Shown here one piece after another: positions 56,785 to 64,000 of a stretch of 64,000 nucleotides of DNA; position 1 is the stretch's first letter; each line of letters opens with the position of its first letter. The notes beneath the pieces were generated by a model that was given only the letters and a program-made list of their open reading frames with translations, was not told where the DNA came from and searched no databases. Source of the DNA: Yuukianura sp. NJ FZ-2021 (lineage: Eukaryota); contig CM102283.1 of assembly GCA_046563655.1 (NCBI GenBank), positions 3,162,001 through 3,226,000 of the forward strand, given 5' to 3'. Both the position numbers and the translations under genes were made by a program.

Positions 56785-57818
56785 TTATGCTCTACATGCA
56801 CCACCCATTTGCTCGACGTAGCCTTGACGACAGTCCAAAGTGTCCCCTTGCGGTCGATTGTGTGGTGTCCAGACTGGTTCTCCAATGAACAATCTCATGG
56901 TCTTGATGTAATCTTTTGCGTCCAAAGTGAATCGATGGTACATTCCGGCTGGAAGGATAATCAAATCTCCCTTGGCAACTTCAATCCGAATCCACTCTTC
57001 ATTCATCGTCCGAACGTCAAAGTATCCAGAACCATCCAGAACCAAACGAATCTCTTCGTCAGTGTGTAGGTGCTCAGTGAAGAAGGTTTTGATCTGAAAA
57101 AACAAACAGTTAACAGTGATTTTGAATTGATATTAGACTTTTAATTGATAATTGATACTGGATTACCTTGGTTTCGTAGTCTGGAAGTGTATGGGGTGCG
57201 ACTTCGATGACGTCGTGATAAGTGTAGCCACGGTCTTTCCGGATCTTGTCCAGCACTCCATCAGTTTCAAGTGTATCCGAATTCAACTGACGATGAGTCA
57301 TAATAAGTCAAAATGAATCAAAATGAGTCCAACAGTAATTAACTTTACTGAAACTTAGTTTCTAATTACTATCAATTAAGTTAAATTAGGAAGGAATGTA
57401 ATTTATGTTGATTTATGGAATAATTTATGGAATGTTCAACACTTTCGCGGGAATGCGGCCGGAATGAGGAGGCGCCAAAATATGTGATTTTTGAAAAAAG
57501 TAAAAAAAAGTAAAAAGGCGGGAAACTGAACATGTGATTTCTTCGCGGATAAAAATAAACTTTTCTGTTTTGGTTTTCGCTCGTCCTTTTTTGAAAGCTA
57601 TTTTTGATTTTTTTTAGAAAACCTTTTTTTTGAAATTTGAGAACAGTAGTATTTTTAGAACAAGCATGAACATTTTTTGTGTATTTTTGTTTTACCTTCC
57701 AGTGCAAAATTCCGGTCAACTGCTTGACGGTTTCTAAATCCAAGAATTCCGGTGGATCCCTCATATGCTCCAAACGCTGATCCTCTTTCGAATCGTCCAT
57801 CAACCAGGCACGGACCAT
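56785..57818 (-). CDS. ADI1: Acireductone dioxygenase (methionine salvage), 3 coding exons
   Basis: [69 protein letters not shown]. Confidence 0.96.
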
Positions 57819-57917
57819 CTTGATTCCCAATTAACTGCAAAGGTAAGCAAACATTAGAGCTAACAAGCAATTAACTTCGCGTTTAACTTAATTAGTTAAG
57901 TTTTATTAGTTTTTAAC

Positions 57918-60433
57918 GGGTGTATCAAGACAGCACCTCATCACCGTCAAGCCAGCACCTCAATTTCAGCACCGTCAAGACAGCACCTCATTTCAGCACC
58001 TCAGCTCTGTGTCAAGCCATCACCTCAGCACCTCAATTCTTTTTTAAAAAGTGAGGTGTTTGGGTGCTGACTTGACATATCCCCCCCGGTGTATAAAGTC
58101 ACACCTCACTTCTAGCACCTCACTCCATATGTTAAAGGGTGCATCATAAAAAATTCAATTTCAAACATAGAGTTGTCATGGGTATTTTTTGATTTTTTCT
58201 CTTTAACTAGAGTGGACATTTGGCATTTTTTAAACTAATTTTTTGAAGCAAATTTGAAGAGGTTTGAAGAGGTAAAAAACCGCTTTCATCTGAAGTTTAA
58301 GCACGGTTCACACAAACTATCAAAATGCGCATAACTGCGCTAAAACTGCGCATGAACTGCGCATGAACTGCGCACAAACTAAATTTTGATTATGAAATAC
58401 AGAATGCAGCATGAAACTGGGCATAAACTGCGCATAACCTGCGCACTAGATGCGCATAAACTGCGCACTAAATGCGCTAAAACTGCGCACAAATGGCGCA
58501 GTTTATTATTTTTGGAATTACCATTTCTTCCAGAAAGTCTTCCAGAAATTCTTCTATAAATTATATTTGCTCAGAATCAGCTTATCAAGCCCTTTCCATC
58601 AAGATATTACTTGCATGGGGTTGCCTGTCATAAGGTCAAGTGGTGACCTCAGAGGTCAATTTGTGACCACAAATCACAAAACCATTTAAAGCTAATCACG
58701 TTTGGAATAATAATAATGGTTTCTGGCATTCGTTTAGAATTCCATTTTTTCTATAAGTTTATACGTGCGATTTCAACTTGAAATCTCTACGTTAACTTTG
58801 ACAGCAAACGTAGAAGGAAAGTGATCAGCTGCAAACGCGCGTTCTACGTTCAAACCTACGATGTCAACTCCTCTAATTACTAAAAGCCCAACCAAACCAC
58901 TATTTGTAATTGTAACAACAAAACTGATTTTCAGAGGACAGTAGTGCTAGTCACACAATAACTTCCAATTCCGGAATTATTCAAACTGCGTGGAAATAAT
59001 GTGTTGTGTGAACCGTGCTTAAAGATTTTTTTTTCCATTTTTCTGAAAATTTTTGGAGAGACACTACATAGACCCCTCATAACAAAAAGCAAAAAAAAAA
59101 AATGACCGGAAATCAAAAAATCAACGGCTCGGTCTAAAAAGCTGCAACTTTTCCTATATGTTAAGAGCATGGGAAAAGGCTGCAACTTTTCCTTACAATT
59201 AACATGGCTAAAAAGCTGCAATTTCGGAGGCTGCAAGCGTTATACTAAAGTACCCAGACCACATGTTGGACATGACCCTCTGTCCGTCTGTCCGTCGGAC
59301 AACCTTACCAAAACTACTTTATGCGTTCCAATGTCACTCTATCTGACAAAGTTATCAAAGCTACTTTATGAGTTCCAATGTCACTCTGTCCATCTGACAA
59401 AGTTATCAAAGCTACTTTATGAGTTCCATTGTCTCTGTCCAAATGTCAGACTTGCCAATTATGGAATTGAGAATTCTTAAATAAAAAAAAACCAAAGAAT
59501 CACAAGTTAATACGGTTTCGCCCTGCCGTCGTCATTAGTACCGGGCAACACGGTAGACCGCAGTGCAATGGCCCCTTCGCGCATGACATCTGAGAATTAC
59601 GTCTCTGGTATGTTATGCAGGGTATGGTCCTTGTAGTATTCATAGTAACAATTGATTTCCCTTTATCATAATAAATATTTTATTGGAGAAGGAGTTTTAG
59701 TCAAACATTTATCTGCCTTGCCAATTATGTATTTAGATTATTAATAAGTTAAAATTTGTCAGATTGGTAAAATTGGTAACTTTGTCAGATAGACAGAGTG
59801 ACACTGGAACTCATAAAGTAGCTTTGATAACTTTGTCAGATAGACAGAGTGACATTGGAACGCATGAAGTAGTTTTGGTAACGTTGTCCGACGGACAGAC
59901 GGACAGATTGTCATGTCCAACATGTGTTCTGGGTACTTTAGTATAACGCTTGCAGCCTCCGAAATTGCAGCTTTTTAGCCATGCTAATTGTAGGCAAAAG
60001 TTGCAGCCTTTTCCCATGCTCTTAACACATAGGAAAAGTTGTAGGTTTTTAGACCGAGCCGTAGATTTTTTGATTTCCGGTCAATTTTTTTTGCTTTTTG
60101 TTGTGAGGGGTCTCTGTAGTGTCTCCCCAAAAGTTTTCAGAAAAATGGAAAAAAAAATCCTAGATTTGAAATTGAATTTTTTATGATGCACCCTTTAACA
60201 TTGGGAGTGAGGTGCTAGAAGTGAGGTGCTGACTTGACGCACCGGGGGGGATGCGTCAAGTCAGCACCCAAACACCTCACTTTTTTTAAAAAAAAATTGA
60301 GGTGCTGAGGTGATGTCTTGACGGTGGGGTATCCTTTAACACAGAGCTGAGGTGCTGAAATGAGGTGCTGTCTTGACGGTGCTGAAATTGAGGTGCTGGC
60401 TTGACGGTGATGAGGTGCTGTCTTGATACACCC
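57918..60433. mobile_element. Mutator/Foldback-like non-autonomous element with long modular inverted repeats
   Basis: GGGTGTATCAAGACAGCACC TIR; perfect 9-bp TSD gtttttaac; outer arms ~57918-58170 and ~60161-60433 with cagcacctca subrepeats; inner arms ~59023-59450 and ~59757-60159. Confidence 0.88.
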
Positions 60434-61074
60434 GTTTTTAACCAATTAATTAACCTGTTTTCCTCTCTTTTTAATAGTTACCAAACAAGAAACACCGGAT
60501 CAGACCAGCTGGTTGAGTACAACTGACTAATCGAAAAGTAAGGCGTATCTGAATTGACTAGTCTTACTACGCAGTCCACTCACTTTCTGGAGAGTGTACC
60601 ACTATAAACAAGATAAAAATTTTCTAATCAACTATGAAGAATTGGTATAACTTTTCCTTTCTGTGGACTTTGCAGCAGGATACTTTGCTGAAACAGAGAC
60701 AAGGGAAGGAAGATCTTGTTATTCTGGAAGGCAGAAATACACAACATCAAGAGCTAGAAGCAGCAGCAGCAGATAATCCAAGCCAGAGAACAGATTTGTT
60801 GCTTCTGTTTTCAGTTGGGGACTGGATTGAATTGACAGTAGCTGGAGACTCCAGACTGGAGTTCACGAATGTTCTCGTGAGTTTCATAAAGTTGTATGAT
60901 TTAACAACACATCTTTATTGACATTCGAGTGAAAGCTTAACTTATAAGCTTTAGTTTTAGCTGCTTAAAAGCATATGTATAATGCCATTTTTGATGTTTT
61001 ATCGAAGATGTTATGAACAAGAACAACTTCTGTTTTGCAGGTTTTTGAAAAGGCTGACGCTGTCCAGGAGCTAA

Positions 61075-61628
61075 ATGGATCCGTTGGCACTGATTTACAT
61101 GGTGATGGTGGCCTTGATTTGGGGGTTGACAAATCCACTGATGAAGAGAAGTTCAAAAGGAATTGAGAAATGCTCCAATCCAGAAACATCTTGGATCTTA
61201 TCGACAATTCAAGAACTTAAGTTCCTAGTAACGAATTGGCAGGTTCGTAAGCAGAACTCCCTAGATGTCACTTCAAATTTTAAAAGCTTCACCGATTAAC
61301 TTTCTGTTTCTATTGCAGTATTCTTCGTCCTATCTACTAAATCAAAGCGGATCGTTACTCTACTATTACACTTTAGGACAAGTCGGTAAGTTCGGATTCA
61401 TCAACAAGAGAATTTCAGTTTTTCCTTAAGATTCGAAACTAATTTTACCGTTTTTTGTTAGATTTATCAATAGCCAGTCCAGTAACAAATACGCTAACGT
61501 TCATAGTCACATACATCGCTGGCGTTTTACTATTTGGCGAAAAAGATGAAGATGCAAGTCTGGAGAAAAAGATCGGTCTATCCTTGGTCTGTTCCGGCGT
61601 GCTACTAATCATGATCGATAAGTTGTGA
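61075..61628 (+). CDS. TMEM234: Transmembrane protein 234-like, 3 exons
   Basis: VALIWGLTNPLMKR; ELKFLVTNWQY..YLLNQSGSLLYYYTL; DLSIASPVTNTLTF; LFGEK. Confidence 0.9.
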
Positions 61629-62401
61629 CACTAGCCAGAAAACGTAACTTACAACGATTAATAATCTAGAGAGTACAAACTATGTATAATTTTATTATTC
61701 AAGAACGAAAGAACTCCAAGAAATAAGACAATCTTGGACTCCTGATGGTGACAACGGCGTAACCTTGAGATCAAGGTCACCATGTACTTTCTTCGTGTTT
61801 CTTTCGTAAATCCAGAATTTCAATTTAATCACAAATTGCTGTTGCTTACTGCGATTTCCAGGACTGGACTTAGATTACACCAAATTTTGTTGATACAAAC
61901 AACGTCGTTCGTGAATCGTGACTCATTTATTATTGAATTGACAAATGAAGGACAAACAGGACAAGCGGTTGATACACGAAACACGATAACGTCAATTCCC
62001 CTAAATCATAAAAATCAATTTAGCATTTTGCAAACTAAATACAGATTGTGCATGCTTAGTGAAAGGTCAAGTGGAGGTCACGGTTAGTTTCGAAGCAACA
62101 AGTTACATGATACACTGTAGCAGAGACAGGGAGGAGTTGACATAAAGTTGTTGTTAGGAGATCCCGTATTGCACCGCACCGACCAAACAAGGATTTTATC
62201 CAGAAAAGGAAGAGGGAGGGGAGGAAGAGACGACGAGACGAGGATCTTCAGTGTTTGAGTGACATTGGACAGAGGAGGTACATCTTAGCTCCAGTTGACA
62301 ACAACTGTCATCGACATTTCATCATCATCCACTTGTTCGTGAGTCATCAACCGATAACCGGGCACTTATCTTATCACCACCGCGCACTTAGAAACAGGAA
62401 G

Positions 62402-64000
62402 ATGGACACGGTGTCCAATGGGTAAGGCTTTCGTTGATCTTATTGGTTTAAAAAACGTCAGTCATTCGTTTGTGGCAACTGCTCTGCACTTCTGTGGTTA
62501 ATTCTGCGGAGATTAATTGGAAAACATCCTTCCAGAACCACAATTTCTTTAGATTAGTAACGTATAACTCATGTTACTCGATTAATCAAAAACCTTTCTA
62601 TTAATAAAACCATAGAAAAAATCTTGGGTGTTAAAAACGATTTGACTATGGACGGTACATGCGTGTAGGATTACTTAAATTATAACTATTTAAGTACTAT
62701 GTCTTTCAGAGAATTTTCCCCAGTTAATTGACACTTCTGATTTTTTTGTTTAAGGGGCTTGGCGGCCATTACGACGGAAGTAAAAGTAAAGACGACACCT
62801 AATACTGCCAAGGCAAAGCCGAAACCGAATCCAGTGTCTACCGCCGGTGCTGCCGTTAAGAAACCGGCTCCAGAGGGCGCGATGCCTAGCCCCGTTGGGC
62901 CCAAATCTAAGAGAAGTGCTAAAAGAGTTGCAAGAGTGTTTTTCCGGAAAGAAATAGACCAAGATGTAAGATCGTTTACGTTTTATAATTTGGGTCGAAG
63001 TAAGGATTAACGACCGTCATTCTACCCGCACAGTGTAGCCACTCTGACCATCTTGTGTGGCTGCAATATGCAGCTACACCTAGGGGTTACATTTGTAACC
63101 GCTCTAACTTAAAAGAAACCTAGCGTAACGTGGCAACAAAAGTAGCCGTATAGTGTAGCCATCCATTATAGCCACGAAGTGGCTGCAATGACTGTCGTTA
63201 ATCCTTACCCCAACCGTAAATTCGAATTCATTCCAATGCGTGGTTGTCAACTTCTCTATGTTAATTCCGTAGGTCCTGACTGATTATATGAAGAACTTGA
63301 ATTTGTCTGATGCTGGTCCTGGTGGGGATGATGGTCCCGGTAGTCCTGGTGCTGGGCCTGTCGGTTCATTTGATGACATGAACTTGAAGCCAGAACTGCT
63401 CCAAGGAATTAAAAGTAAAAAACTTACGGAACCAGCTGAGTGTCAAAAGAATGTCATCATGCCAATGATCCAGGGACGTGACGTAATCTGTCAAGCTCAA
63501 TCTGGGAAGGGGAAGACTGCTGCCTTTGTTATTTCGATTCTACAGCGCTTGGACCCGAAAGATCCAATGTGCAAGGCTTTGGTGCTAGCTCCGACACGAG
63601 AGTTAGCTGAGCAAGTAATTAATCAATTCTTGAAGAAATCTATGTCGTTTTACTGGTGAAATGAATATAAACTCAACTCTTTTTTTTTCAGATTCTAGCA
63701 GAGTTTGAGGTCATTGGCAAGTACATGAATGTCAAATGTCTTCCTTGCATTGGAGGGAGGAAATGGTCTTACAAGAAGAATCTTCGGCATGCTGCAACTG
63801 GTAATTTCCAGATTGCTGTTGGAACTATTGGACGAATTGCTCATCTGCTGGATCCTCGTCAAGGCGAGGACGACCACGGTATCCCAAGACCAGGGGGTAT
63901 GAATGGAGATTCGATTAAGATGTTCGTGATTGACGAAGCAGATAAGATGCTAATGGAACGCTCATTTCGGAACGACTTGAAATTCGTGAGTATTGAGTTT
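62402..64000 (+). CDS. eIF4A-like DEAD-box RNA helicase, divergent, partial (runs off the window end)
   Basis: SFDDMNLKPELLQGI, GRDVICQAQSGKGKT, LVLAPTRELAEQ, GTIGRI and MFVIDEADKML. Upstream Lys/Pro-rich exons (62402-62421, 62756-62965) join in phase. Confidence 0.85.

Noticed and set aside
58931-60445. Paired near-identical ORFs on opposite strands (MQPPKLQLF..., MGKGCNF...)
   Set aside because: Artefacts of the inverted-repeat arms; no transposase motifs.
60634-60921. 95-aa ORF upstream of TMEM234
   Set aside because: No recognisable domain; may be UTR or intron sequence.

Overview
Eukaryotic, AT-rich, intron-dense arthropod DNA. The CFITNCPPG nonapeptide and gene style suggest a non-insect hexapod such as a springtail; this is inference. 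About 19 spliced protein-coding genes were reconstructed by hand: NAA20-like (partial), CUB-serine protease, oxytocin/vasopressin-type (inotocin) precursor, a CAMSAP/Patronin-CH protein, an aminergic GPCR, a compact centrosomin, a divergent Na+/K+-ATPase-type alpha subunit, a stand-alone CAP gene, two Sushi-pseudoprotease-CAP fusion genes, a VMO-I protein with a putative aerolysin-like tail, a DM13 protein, ADI1, TMEM234, an eIF4A-like helicase (partial) and several hypotheticals. Mobile DNA includes an apparently intact 4.06 kb CACTA/EnSpm-type element (CCC...GGG ends, AA TSD), a 2.5 kb Mutator/Foldback-like element (9-bp TSD) and several MITEs. The most notable signal is a MITE family with CAAGGTTG...CAACCTTG ends and 8-9 bp TSDs, present in about 8 copies. 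Two copies sit in coding sequence and appear to be spliced out as new introns, using splice sites from the TIR and TSD (Introner-like intron gain). All gene models and family assignments come from reading the sequence and recalling motifs; no searches were run.
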